Assembly (NCBI GenBank): GCA_021295855.1 | Contig: JAGWBO010000001.1 | Coordinates: forward strand, 11,134 to 75,133 | Source: Pseudomonadales bacterium | GTDB lineage: Bacteria; Pseudomonadota; Gammaproteobacteria; Pseudomonadales; Azotimanducaceae | Direction of reading: 5' to 3' | DNA: 64,000 bases | In this document: piece by piece, positions 10,484-19,978 of the stretch | Numbering within the stretch: position 1 is the first letter of the stretch | Layout of the letters: each line of letters starts with the position of its first letter | Notes under the pieces: generated by a model | Told to the model about the DNA's origin: nothing | What the model saw: only the letters and a program-made list of their open reading frames with translations | Databases searched by the model: none | Program-made: the position numbers and the translations under genes

Positions 10484-11068
10484 CTACGCGCTGAATAGGG
10501 ACGGTTGCAGTTGTCGCGCTCGTTCTATGATCTCGTCTTCCGAAGTTTTTCGAGTTGGTTGAAACGTGGTTCGATGTTCTAGCCACCGCGCAAGGTTTCT
10601 CACGATTTTTGAATCCGTCGTGACACGTTTTCTTGCTTTTAGGGCGAGACGTTCATTGAGCCAATTCGCAACTTCGGTCGGAGTCTGGATCGCAAAGACC
10701 GAGTAGGCTCGTCGATAGTTCTTTCGTGCTGCACCTTTGTGTGCGTGACCGTGCTTTTTCATCACGCCAAGGACGTCGCTTGCGGACTTACGGTCATCCA
10801 TTAACGCATCTAGTTCATTCTTCAGCTGAAGAAGCAACTCGCGATATTGGGCTGCCTGTTGAGCTTTACCGAGCAATGTACCGATGGAGTGCGCAGCAGC
10901 GCGTCGCTCCGAATACGAGCCATATCGTGCCCGATTGAATAGCTCTTTCCAGCCTTCAATATCGTCAGAACTATTTGTACGACATGGACACAGACCGCGC
11001 AGAAAACGACGTCTGTCAAGCAAATCCATGTGTTCGACTTGCTTGTTAGTCTTGCTACGTTTAGCCAA
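10484..11068 (-). CDS. hypothetical protein (basic, helical-looking)
   Basis: 194-aa ORF with coding-like composition. No family recognised. Confidence 0.4.
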   Translation of the reverse strand: MAKRSKTNKQVEHMDLLDRRRFLRGLCPCRTNSSDDIEGWKELFNRARYGSYSERRAAAHSIGTLLGKAQQAAQYRELLLQLKNELDALMDDRKSASDVLGVMKKHGHAHKGAARKNYRRAYSVFAIQTPTEVANWLNERLALKARKRVTTDSKIVRNLARWLEHRTTFQPTRKTSEDEIIERARQLQPSLFSA

Positions 11069-11152
11069 TTCGACTTAGGTAGATGAATTCAGGTCGGATT
11101 TTAGAACGAAATTTGCTGAGATGGGCCAGATAGAACCGATCTGAAGGTGCCG

Positions 11153-12982
11153 TCAATGCGAAACCTTCAAGGTGCAGCTTGAACAACGCGCGTATACGTT
11201 CGAAGGATCGCGCAGGTACTCGATTTCGCGGTTTAGATGCCGACCGATCGCATCGATTGGTAATAGGAAATCGACGAACGCAGCCCGAAGTTCGCTTGCA
11301 AAGCTGTCTAGTGGAGATAGAAGTGCTGAGCTCTGCTGAACGTACTCGACATCGTATTCCGTAAGACCCGCAAGCTCTGCTGCTTTTGCGATTGCTGCTT
11401 CTATTTCTCCTAACTCATCAATGAGTCCTGACTCAAGCGCATCCGTGCCAAGCCAAACGCGCCCTTGCGCGAGCGTTTCGATGTACTCGATGGGTTTATC
11501 TCGAGCAATGGCGACTAATTCGACGAATTGATCGTAATACCGCTTCACCATCAGCGTGCGGAGGCTGTGTGTCTCGTCCGTTGGTTTGACAATAAGACTA
11601 GACGACAGTCCATACGGTGTCGTTCGAATCACATCATTCGTGACGCCGATTTCGCCGAGCGCATCGTCTAAGTTAGGGTAGAGGCCGAACACACCCACGG
11701 AACCCGTCAGGGTCGTTGGCGATGCGTATATTTGATCGGCCGGCAAAGCGACCCAATATCCTCCGGACGCGGCAGTGCCACCGAAAGATGCGACTAACGG
11801 TCGTTCCGTCTCCTTGTAGTCCTCGAGTGCACGGCGAATATCCTCGGATGCGATCACGCTGCCTCCGGGCGAATTGACCCTCAGAACGAGCGCTTGAAAG
11901 CTGTCGTCCTTCCGAACTTTCTCAATCAGCTTGACCCACGAACTCGACTGACCTGTTATCTGCGTCTGGATGCCCAGGATTTCACCTTGAATCACGACCA
12001 CGGCAAGCTTGGGTTTACCGAATTGACGCGGACTCGGCACGTGCGGCAGGTAGTCATAGAACGTAATGGGTCGAAGCGATGAATCGAGTCTCTCGCGATA
12101 CTCGTCGTCGAGTTCAGGTTTTGTAACCAGGGCGTCGACGAAGCCGTATTGCACGGCCAAATCCGCGAATCCGGCCTCGTGGGATCGAACGAGATCGTGC
12201 AAGGCAGTTGAGTAGTTATTTAGCTGGTCCTCATCGATATTTCGGATCGAAGCAACTCTTTGCTTCATTCGAGTCCATAGTGAATCGACGAGATCGGTAT
12301 TTACGGATTCTGCGGCTTCAGACATGTCGGTACGGGTATATGGCTCCACCGCAGTCTTGAATTCACCTTCAGCGTACACAGCCACGCTGATATTTAGTTT
12401 GTCGAGCAAATCCTTGTAATACATCGTGGATGACGTCACGCCAGAGAACACTAGATCGCCCATCGGGTCCATTAGCACGCGATCGGCAGCCATTGCGAGC
12501 AGGTACGTGCCTTGCGTATACGAAGTCGCGTGAGCCCAGATTTCCATCCCCGATTCCTTTAGCTCAATTAGCGCGTTTTGAATCCGTTCTGATTCCGCTA
12601 TATCCACGTCGAAGAGTCTGGAGAAATCCAGAATGACTAACTGAATTCGATCGTCTGTCCCCGCGTACGCAATAGCGTTCAATACATCGTTGATCGAAGT
12701 TTCAATTGGTACATTCGAACCGAACAATAGATCGAGCAAAGGATCGTCAAATGTTGCTTGTTCAACAAGGCTGCCAGCGGGATTGATTACGAGTACGGCG
12801 TTTCCAGGTACCGGCTTCACATCATCCCCACTGAACGTCGCCACCAAAACGAGCAGGACCACCGCGAGAAAGAGGAAGTTCAGAACGACGTTCCGCAGTA
12901 GGGTAATTCCCTTCCCGAGATTGCGAAGCAACCTGAATCGGCGTGGGGAAGATTCCGGGGGCGTGGGGTCTTGATCGCTCAA
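11153..12982 (-). CDS. sppA: signal peptide peptidase SppA, 67K type
   Basis: 609 aa. N-terminal TM segment followed by two tandem ClpP/crotonase-like S49 domains (VLRVNSPGGSV, GGTAASGGYW). Confidence 0.85.
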   Translation of the reverse strand: MSDQDPTPPESSPRRFRLLRNLGKGITLLRNVVLNFLFLAVVLLVLVATFSGDDVKPVPGNAVLVINPAGSLVEQATFDDPLLDLLFGSNVPIETSINDVLNAIAYAGTDDRIQLVILDFSRLFDVDIAESERIQNALIELKESGMEIWAHATSYTQGTYLLAMAADRVLMDPMGDLVFSGVTSSTMYYKDLLDKLNISVAVYAEGEFKTAVEPYTRTDMSEAAESVNTDLVDSLWTRMKQRVASIRNIDEDQLNNYSTALHDLVRSHEAGFADLAVQYGFVDALVTKPELDDEYRERLDSSLRPITFYDYLPHVPSPRQFGKPKLAVVVIQGEILGIQTQITGQSSSWVKLIEKVRKDDSFQALVLRVNSPGGSVIASEDIRRALEDYKETERPLVASFGGTAASGGYWVALPADQIYASPTTLTGSVGVFGLYPNLDDALGEIGVTNDVIRTTPYGLSSSLIVKPTDETHSLRTLMVKRYYDQFVELVAIARDKPIEYIETLAQGRVWLGTDALESGLIDELGEIEAAIAKAAELAGLTEYDVEYVQQSSALLSPLDSFASELRAAFVDFLLPIDAIGRHLNREIEYLRDPSNVYARCSSCTLKVSH

Positions 12983-13147
12983 ATCGACTTCCTACATAGG
13001 AGTAGCGCGAGGATATCGAATATACGTCGAATCTCGCTTTTAGGTGCATATCTATGATAGTAGCGATACTTCGCCCATCCCGGTCTGATAATTTCGGACA
13101 TCTCCGATGTCTCAACCCTTAGCGATACAGTAGTCCGATGGACCGGT

Positions 13148-14524
13148 ATGTCGATAGATATTGATGCGTTATGGTCTTGGATGGAACTGTGTGAAGCCAT
13201 AGGACTTGACAAGCAGCATGGTCCGTCTATACACGGAATAAGCATCGATTCGAGAACGATCAGAGTCGGCGAGTTATTTGTTGCGTTGTCCGGTAAGGCT
13301 AGACCTGAATTCAATGTACTCGAAGACTCGGGTCGAGATGGACATGACTATATTGCGGCTGCGATCCGACAAGGAGCGGGTGGAGTACTCGCCCATCGCA
13401 GACATGGATTGGACGTATCCACAGTCTATTGTGAAGACACCTTAGACGGTTTATGGGACTTAGCGCGTTATCGACGCAGTCAGCTTGCGGGAAACGTTGT
13501 TGCCGTGACTGGCAGCAGTGGCAAAACCACTATGAAGAGCTTCCTTTCACAAGCGCTTGAATGCGACACAAGTGAAGGGAGTTTCAATAACTATCTCGGC
13601 GTGCCACTAAGTATCGCGCGCACGTCAAGAGAAGCTGAGCGATCTGTCTATGAAATCGGCACGAATCATCCTGGCGAAATTTCGCCATTGTCGAAGTTAG
13701 CGCGGCCTCATATCGCGGTAGTGCTGAACGTACTCAATGCGCACATTGGGAACTTTGCGGATTTTGAGGCTTTAAAGGAGGAGAAACTCTCAATCGGTGA
13801 AGGCGTGGAAACGGGTGGATGTTTGGTCGTGCACGAAGATCTCTTCGACTCCGCGAGTAAGCGCTTTCCAGCTCTCGATGTGCGCTCATTCGGCCAATCA
13901 ACATCAGCAGACTATCGCTATACGATGACAACCAACGACCAAGTCGAGCTGTCAATGCTCCAAGAGAATGTAACGATTCCTGGAGGCGGTGAACATCGAG
14001 CGTCTACTTTGTGTGCGACCGCTGCCGTGCTTGACGTTTTGGGTGAGAACGCAGCCAAAATGCACACTATTTCGGAAGTGCTGCCGCCGGGACGAGGTAG
14101 GTCTTTCGATGTTGCTGGTATTCGAATCATTGATGAGAGCTACAACGCGAATCCTGAGAGCATGCGCAAGTGCCTGGAGCACCTTGCACGTCAAGTTGGT
14201 GGGCGTCGGATAGCGATCGTTGGCGAGATGGCTGAACTTGGGGAGCAAACCGCCAAGCTGCATGCTTCAATGATGCCGGCGCTGAATGCTCTAGACGGCG
14301 TAATTAGCGTCGGTCTCGCGATGAACGACTACGCGTATGAAGCGCTCGAATCCCGTATTAAATGGGGTGCGTTTGCAGACGTGGAAGGTTTAGCCACATT
14401 CTGTAAAGGTTTGTTCAAACCTAACGATATCGTCTTAGTCAAAGGTTCAAACACCGTGTTCTGGACACGTAATTTCGTACCGGATTTGATTACTGTATTG
14501 TCCGAGTCCAACGACGCGTCTTAA
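13148..14524 (+). CDS. murF: UDP-N-acetylmuramoyl-tripeptide--D-alanyl-D-alanine ligase (MurF family)
   Basis: Mur ligase P-loop VAVTGSSGKTTMKS. MurF-type N-terminus (ISIDSRTIRVGELFVAL.G) and DESYNANPESM motif. 458 aa. It is not in a dcw cluster context. Confidence 0.75.
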   Translation: MSIDIDALWSWMELCEAIGLDKQHGPSIHGISIDSRTIRVGELFVALSGKARPEFNVLEDSGRDGHDYIAAAIRQGAGGVLAHRRHGLDVSTVYCEDTLDGLWDLARYRRSQLAGNVVAVTGSSGKTTMKSFLSQALECDTSEGSFNNYLGVPLSIARTSREAERSVYEIGTNHPGEISPLSKLARPHIAVVLNVLNAHIGNFADFEALKEEKLSIGEGVETGGCLVVHEDLFDSASKRFPALDVRSFGQSTSADYRYTMTTNDQVELSMLQENVTIPGGGEHRASTLCATAAVLDVLGENAAKMHTISEVLPPGRGRSFDVAGIRIIDESYNANPESMRKCLEHLARQVGGRRIAIVGEMAELGEQTAKLHASMMPALNALDGVISVGLAMNDYAYEALESRIKWGAFADVEGLATFCKGLFKPNDIVLVKGSNTVFWTRNFVPDLITVLSESNDAS

Positions 14525-14576
14525 CATTTGCGGTTGCAACGGCGACCTCTTCGCCGTTTTCGATACTGAATTCAGC

Positions 14577-15542
14577 ATGATCATTGACCGTTTCGGTAGG
14601 CAGTTCCAGAATTTGCGCGTCAGTTTGACAGCGGCGTGCAACTACGCGTGCACATATTGCGTACCGGACGGCAAAAAACTGCAGCCTGCCGATGCAGAAC
14701 TTGATGGCGAGCATTTGCTCGACGCGGTCCGACTCTTAATCGACGGTGCCGGAATCGAAAAACTCCGTATTACGGGTGGCGAACCAATGCTGTCGCCGAA
14801 GTTTGAGCCGTTCCTTCGTGGTGTTTGCGAAATGGCTCTTGCCGATGTCGCGATCACGACGAACGGTCAATTCCTGCCCAAGTACATGCCGCTACTGAAG
14901 GATGTCAATTTCAAGCGACTCAACGTCAGTCTCGACACGCTTGATGCGAGTCACTTTCGTTCAATCGCACGGAGTGGTGACTTGGCGACCGTGCTACAAG
15001 GTATTGAGATGGCTTGCGAAGCCGGTATGAAGGTAAAAGTCAATATGGTGCCTCTCAAGACCGCAAACTTTGATCAGGTTGTGCCGTTACTCGACTATTG
15101 CCTCGACCGCCGGATCGAACTACGCTTCATCGAGCTCATGAATATGGGTCACCTGAAGTTAAACGATCAGTATGAGAAGGACTTTGTAAGTCTCGATATG
15201 CTGCTTGCCGCGATTCGAGAGAAATACGAGGTCGTTCCGATTACGGCGGAACATGACTCCACCTCCATTCGGTATGAAGTCATAGGCCGTGGCACGTTTG
15301 GTGTCATTGCGAATGAGAGCGAACCTTTCTGTAGGGCGTGTTCAAGGTTGCGGCTTTCCTCGAACGGCCATCTGTACGGATGCCTCTCAAATACCAAACA
15401 CTACGACCTCAGGCCACTGTTATCCATGCCGTACGCACTCGCATTGAATGAACTGCAGGGCGTGCTTACGTCTGCGATGAGTGATAAACAGAGTCTCGCG
15501 TTCACCGGTGAGACGACCGTCATGAAGTTCATTGGTGGTTGA
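14577..15542 (+). CDS. moaA: GTP 3',8-cyclase MoaA (radical SAM)
   Basis: CNYACTYC radical-SAM cluster motif near the N-terminus, C-terminal CxxCxRLRLSSNGHLYGC cluster, and a terminal GG. Confidence 0.9.
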   Translation: MIIDRFGRQFQNLRVSLTAACNYACTYCVPDGKKLQPADAELDGEHLLDAVRLLIDGAGIEKLRITGGEPMLSPKFEPFLRGVCEMALADVAITTNGQFLPKYMPLLKDVNFKRLNVSLDTLDASHFRSIARSGDLATVLQGIEMACEAGMKVKVNMVPLKTANFDQVVPLLDYCLDRRIELRFIELMNMGHLKLNDQYEKDFVSLDMLLAAIREKYEVVPITAEHDSTSIRYEVIGRGTFGVIANESEPFCRACSRLRLSSNGHLYGCLSNTKHYDLRPLLSMPYALALNELQGVLTSAMSDKQSLAFTGETTVMKFIGG

Positions 15543-15548
15543 TTTAAG

Positions 15549-16076
15549 TTGAATGCCGCCTTCAACGAACTGTTGAAGCAAGTCGGTAGCGCAAGTCTAC
15601 CGCCGGTCGCGTCTTGGCATCCTGAGCGCGAAGGTCAGATTGATATTCGAATTCGAAATGATGGTACGTGGCTGCATGAAGGTACCGTCGTGCGACGAAA
15701 GTCCATCGCGAAGGTCTTTTCAACCATCCTAAAGCGAGAAGGAGATCACTATTTCCTCGTGACGCCTGTCGAGAAGCTGAGGATCCAAGTTGATGACGTG
15801 CCGTTCGTAGCAGTCGACTTCGAAGCATCGGGTAAGGGTCAAGAGCAGCAGATACTTTTCAAGACCAATATGGATGACGTTGTGTTGCTTGACGACGCTC
15901 ATCCGCTGACGATTGAGACGACAACGTCAGGTCCGAGACCCTACATGCTAGTCCGGAACGGACTGAATGCACGTCTTGTAACTGATGTCTTTTATCGATT
16001 GGCGGATTTGGTTGAGGATCCAGACGGTGACCCTCTGTATCTTTGGAGCTCGGGGTGTCGATTTCGTGTTAGTTAA
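15549..16076 (+). CDS. DUF1285 domain-containing protein
   Basis: A pattern I recall for DUF1285: W..EREG.IDIRI..DGTW.HEG and YFLVTPVEKLRIQVDDVPFVAV. Confidence 0.6.
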   Translation: MNAAFNELLKQVGSASLPPVASWHPEREGQIDIRIRNDGTWLHEGTVVRRKSIAKVFSTILKREGDHYFLVTPVEKLRIQVDDVPFVAVDFEASGKGQEQQILFKTNMDDVVLLDDAHPLTIETTTSGPRPYMLVRNGLNARLVTDVFYRLADLVEDPDGDPLYLWSSGCRFRVS

Positions 16077-16481
16077 ACATTGCATATTTGTATGAGGTGG
16101 ATCGTTTACTCAAATCAATCAGCTTAGATCTGGGAGCTAGTCCTTCGTGGAGATTGGTGTTTCGTTCTGGGTCAACTTCCTCTCAAGTGCGGGACGAACT
16201 CAGTCTGAAATTAGTTTGCATCACGATCAAATGTCATTAATTTCGAGTGCTGATTCAGAATTTCCTATACCCGCTCGTTCAGGTTTGGTGATAGCTCTAA
16301 GCTAGAAAGTCAATTACTGAAACCCGGACTCTTTTGGGGAAGATGTACATCTGGTGCTTGATTGTGCGTAACCGGTCGATGGATGAGCTGTGCTTGTTCA
16401 GCTAGAGATTGATATCCGTCTGACATTAGATTAAGCGATGTGTATACGCATATTTGGCGTCGTAGTTACTGACCCGTATAC

Positions 16482-18149
16482 CTACATATTAGGGTAATTT
16501 GGACCGCCGCCACCTTCAGGCGCGATCCATGTGATGTTCTGTGCCGGGTCCTTGATATCGCATGTCTTGCAGTGCACACAATTTTGAGCATTGATTTGGA
16601 ATCTTGGTCCCGACTCCTCGTCCACAATCTCATACACGCCCGCAGGGCAATACCGTTGCGCCGGTTCTGCGAAATTCGGTAGATTTTGTGCAACCGGGAT
16701 AGTCTCGTCAACCAGCGTTAAGTGGACGGGTTGATCCTCTTCGTGGTTCGTGTTCGACAGGAACACGCTGGAAAGCCGATCAAACGACAGAATACCATCC
16801 GGTTTTGGATACTCAATCTGTTTCGACTGAGCGACGTTAGAGAGCGTTGCATAGTCGGGTTTAGGATCTTTCAGTTTAAACGGCGAATTCCCTTGTAATA
16901 CATTCTGTTCAATGAATGAGTAGGCGGAACCGAAGAACAGACCCCACTTATGCCATGCGGGACCCGCGTTCTTTGACGAATTCAACTCGTCGAACAACCA
17001 GGAATCGGCGAAGTGTTCAAATAGATTGATTTCTGTACCTTCGTCACCATTTTTCAGGTTTTCCATGACCGCTTCAGCCGCGAGCATGCCTGATTTCATT
17101 GCCGTATGGCTGCCTTTTACCTTGAGGACGTTTAGAAAACCAGCATTGTCACCGATCAACGCTGCGCCAGGTACAGTGAGTTTTGGCAATGCAGGCAACC
17201 CACCTTTGACAATCGCTCGCGCGCCATACGAGACCCGTGTGCCACCGGCGATCTCGTTGACGATCACTGCATGGTGCTTCCAGCGTTGAAACTCCTCAAA
17301 CGGACTCAGGTAGGGATTCTTGTACGCGAGATCGACGATCAATCCAAGCGAGACTTGCCGGTTTTCTAGATGGTAAAGGAAGCTGCCACCCGTCGCTGCT
17401 TTTGACAAGCCAAGCGGCCATCCGAGTGCATGAATGACTTTTCCTTGGTCCGCTCGCTCCTCCGGAACGTCCCACAGCTCTTTCAGTCCGATCGCATAAT
17501 GTTGCGTCGCAGAATCTGCATCTAGTTTGTACTTCTCTATAAGCTGTTTACCTAGATGTCCTCTACAACCTTCTGCGAATAACGTGTATTTGGAGCGTAA
17601 TTCGTAACCAGGTTGAAAGGTCGCCTTTTGTTCCCCATCCTTGCCTATCCCCATGTCGCCGGTCGCGATGCCGCATACTCGATCTTGTTCGTCGAACAGA
17701 ATCTCAGTAGCCGCGAAACCAGGGAAGGTCATGACCCCGAGTGCTTCGGCCTGCTCACCAAGCCATCGGCACAAATTACCGAGTGAAATGGCATGATTGC
17801 CGTCGTTATGGATCGGTCTAGGGATAAATAGTCGAGGGATTGGAAAACTCGACGTTTCACTGAGAAAACAGTGGTACTCGTCCTTCGTCACCGGGTTATT
17901 GACCGGTGCCCCTTGTTCCTTCCAATCGGGGATCAACTCGTTGAGGGCTCTCGGATAGAAAACCGCACCGGAGAGGATGTGTGCGCCGATTTCACTGCCT
18001 TTTTCAACAAGGCAGACGGTGATTTCCTGACCCGTCTCAGCGGCAAGTTGCATCAGCCGAATCGAAGCGGCTAGACCAGATGGACCGCCACCTACAACGA
18101 CGACGTCAAAGTCCATCGCTTCGCGTTCTACCGTCACGAGTTCACCCAT
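16482..18149 (-). CDS. electron transfer flavoprotein-ubiquinone oxidoreductase (ETF-QO)
   Basis: FAD motif DVVVVGGGPSGLAA. C-terminal 4Fe-4S ferredoxin-like CPAGVYE...NCVHCKTCDIKDP...EGGGGPNY. Divergent from etfBA. Confidence 0.9.
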   Translation of the reverse strand: MGELVTVEREAMDFDVVVVGGGPSGLAASIRLMQLAAETGQEITVCLVEKGSEIGAHILSGAVFYPRALNELIPDWKEQGAPVNNPVTKDEYHCFLSETSSFPIPRLFIPRPIHNDGNHAISLGNLCRWLGEQAEALGVMTFPGFAATEILFDEQDRVCGIATGDMGIGKDGEQKATFQPGYELRSKYTLFAEGCRGHLGKQLIEKYKLDADSATQHYAIGLKELWDVPEERADQGKVIHALGWPLGLSKAATGGSFLYHLENRQVSLGLIVDLAYKNPYLSPFEEFQRWKHHAVIVNEIAGGTRVSYGARAIVKGGLPALPKLTVPGAALIGDNAGFLNVLKVKGSHTAMKSGMLAAEAVMENLKNGDEGTEINLFEHFADSWLFDELNSSKNAGPAWHKWGLFFGSAYSFIEQNVLQGNSPFKLKDPKPDYATLSNVAQSKQIEYPKPDGILSFDRLSSVFLSNTNHEEDQPVHLTLVDETIPVAQNLPNFAEPAQRYCPAGVYEIVDEESGPRFQINAQNCVHCKTCDIKDPAQNITWIAPEGGGGPNYPNM

Positions 18150-18283
18150 TGAGATTCGGCGCGATTATAGAATCGATAGCCGAATAAAATCTCCCGCCGT
18201 TAGCGCCTGCCTTGGCGTTCTTCGCGTGCGACGCGATTGTGTCCCACGCGTCGTGATTTCTTCTAAACCACACATTGGAACGT

Positions 18284-19036
18284 ATGAAAGTTCTTGTTGC
18301 TATCAAGCGCGTCGTTGACCCCAACGTCAACGTGGTCGTAAAGCCAGACGGCACTGGTATCGACCTAACCAACACAAAAATGGCCGTAAACCCATTCTGT
18401 GGGATCGGCATTGAAGAAGCTGTGCGCCTGCGTGAAGCAGGTACCGCAGAGGAAGTAATAGCCGTTACCGTGGGTGGTGCTAAATGTCCGGAAACACTGC
18501 GAGTGTGCCTAGCACAAGGCGCCGATCGGGCGGTTCACATTGAAGCTGAAGACGATGTTGAACCTTTGGCGATCGCGAAGTTGATCAAAGCGGTCTATGA
18601 GCGCGAAGAACCCAAGATCGTGATGTTCGGTAAACAGAGTATCGACGGTGACAACGGCCAGACCGGGCAGATGTTTGCGCAGCTCACAGGATTGCCGCAA
18701 GCGACATTCGCGTCAGAACTGACCGTCGATGGCGATACAGCAACTGTGACGCGGGAAGTTGACGGTGGTCTGCAGACCATCAAAACGTCGATCCCCATGG
18801 TATTGACGACGGATTTACGCCTGAACGAGCCGCGTTATGCCTCCTTGCCAAACATCATGCAGGCACGTAAGAAGCCGATTGAGACGATATCTCCCGCTGA
18901 ACTCGGTGTGGACATTCAACGTCACACCGAAATTTTGGATGTTTCGCCACCTCCGGGTCGAGCCGCTGGTATCAAGGTCGAGTCGGTTGACGAATTGGTT
19001 GACAAGCTGAAAAACGAAGCAAAGGTGATCACATGA
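18284..19036 (+). CDS. etfB: electron transfer flavoprotein beta subunit
   Basis: MKVLVAIKRVVD start is typical of EtfB. The ORF-track TTG start is at 18275. ATGA overlap with etfA. Confidence 0.9.
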   Translation: MKVLVAIKRVVDPNVNVVVKPDGTGIDLTNTKMAVNPFCGIGIEEAVRLREAGTAEEVIAVTVGGAKCPETLRVCLAQGADRAVHIEAEDDVEPLAIAKLIKAVYEREEPKIVMFGKQSIDGDNGQTGQMFAQLTGLPQATFASELTVDGDTATVTREVDGGLQTIKTSIPMVLTTDLRLNEPRYASLPNIMQARKKPIETISPAELGVDIQRHTEILDVSPPPGRAAGIKVESVDELVDKLKNEAKVIT

Positions 19037-19965
19037 GCGTATTAGTCGTCGCTGACCACGACAATGAATCCCTTAAACCGGTCACCTTGGTGTCCTTGGC
19101 TGCCGCGGCTGAAATTGGCGGCGATGTCGATGTACTCGTCGCAGGTCATGCCTGCGAAGTGGTTGCAAATGAAGCGGCACAGATAGGTGGTGTAAACAAA
19201 GTGCTCCTAGCTGATAGCGAGGCTTATGCCCATGCGCTACCTGAGAACGTGGCGCCTCTCGTAATCAGATTAAGCGTTAATTACAGTCACTTACTCACCG
19301 CGCATACGACGACGGGGAAGAATTTCATGCCGCGAGTCGCCGCAGCATTGGACGTTCAGATGATCTCCGACATCATGGGAGTTGACTCTGAAGACACCTT
19401 CAAACGGTTGATCTACGCGGGCAATGCGATCGCGACGGTGAAGACCAGCGACGAGAAGAAAGTACTTACAGTACGCGGTACCGGATTTGACGGCGTCGCT
19501 TCAGGCGGTGGTAGTGCGACCGTAGAAGCGATTGAAGGCGCGGCAGCAGACGGCAGCTCTGAATTTGTTGCGGATGAACTCGCCAAATCTGAACGTCCTG
19601 AACTGACGGCGGCAGGTGTGGTGATCTCGGGCGGCCGCGGTATGCAGAACGGTGAGAACTTTTCTCTCCTGGAAGGCATTGCCGATAAACTCGGCGCTGC
19701 TATAGGTGCTTCACGTGCAGCCGTTGACGCGGGTTTTGTGCCGAACGACATGCAAGTGGGGCAAACTGGCAAGATCGTGGCACCAGAACTCTACATTGCC
19801 GTTGGAATTTCAGGCGCCATTCAGCACCTGGCGGGGATGAAAGACTCGAAAGTTATCGTGGCTATCAATAAGGATCCGGACGCACCAATATTCCAGGTAG
19901 CTGACTACGGCCTCGTTGCAGATTTGTTTGACGCGATACCTGAGTTTGAATCCGCGCTGGGCTAA
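19033..19965 (+). CDS. etfA: electron transfer flavoprotein alpha subunit
   Basis: C-terminal FAD-binding region [31 protein letters not shown]. Confidence 0.9.
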   Translation: MSVLVVADHDNESLKPVTLVSLAAAAEIGGDVDVLVAGHACEVVANEAAQIGGVNKVLLADSEAYAHALPENVAPLVIRLSVNYSHLLTAHTTTGKNFMPRVAAALDVQMISDIMGVDSEDTFKRLIYAGNAIATVKTSDEKKVLTVRGTGFDGVASGGGSATVEAIEGAAADGSSEFVADELAKSERPELTAAGVVISGGRGMQNGENFSLLEGIADKLGAAIGASRAAVDAGFVPNDMQVGQTGKIVAPELYIAVGISGAIQHLAGMKDSKVIVAINKDPDAPIFQVADYGLVADLFDAIPEFESALG

Positions 19966-19978
19966 CCTAGACCAAAAT

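Noticed and set aside
14525-14576. Moco riboswitch upstream of moaA
   Set aside because: Only 52 nt separate the murF stop from the moaA start. That is far too short for the roughly 130-150-nt Moco RNA motif.
18142-18411. 89-aa minus-strand ORF across the ETF-QO/etfB divergent promoter region
   Set aside because: It overlaps the etfB 5' coding region antisense as well as the promoter gap. The translation has no features.
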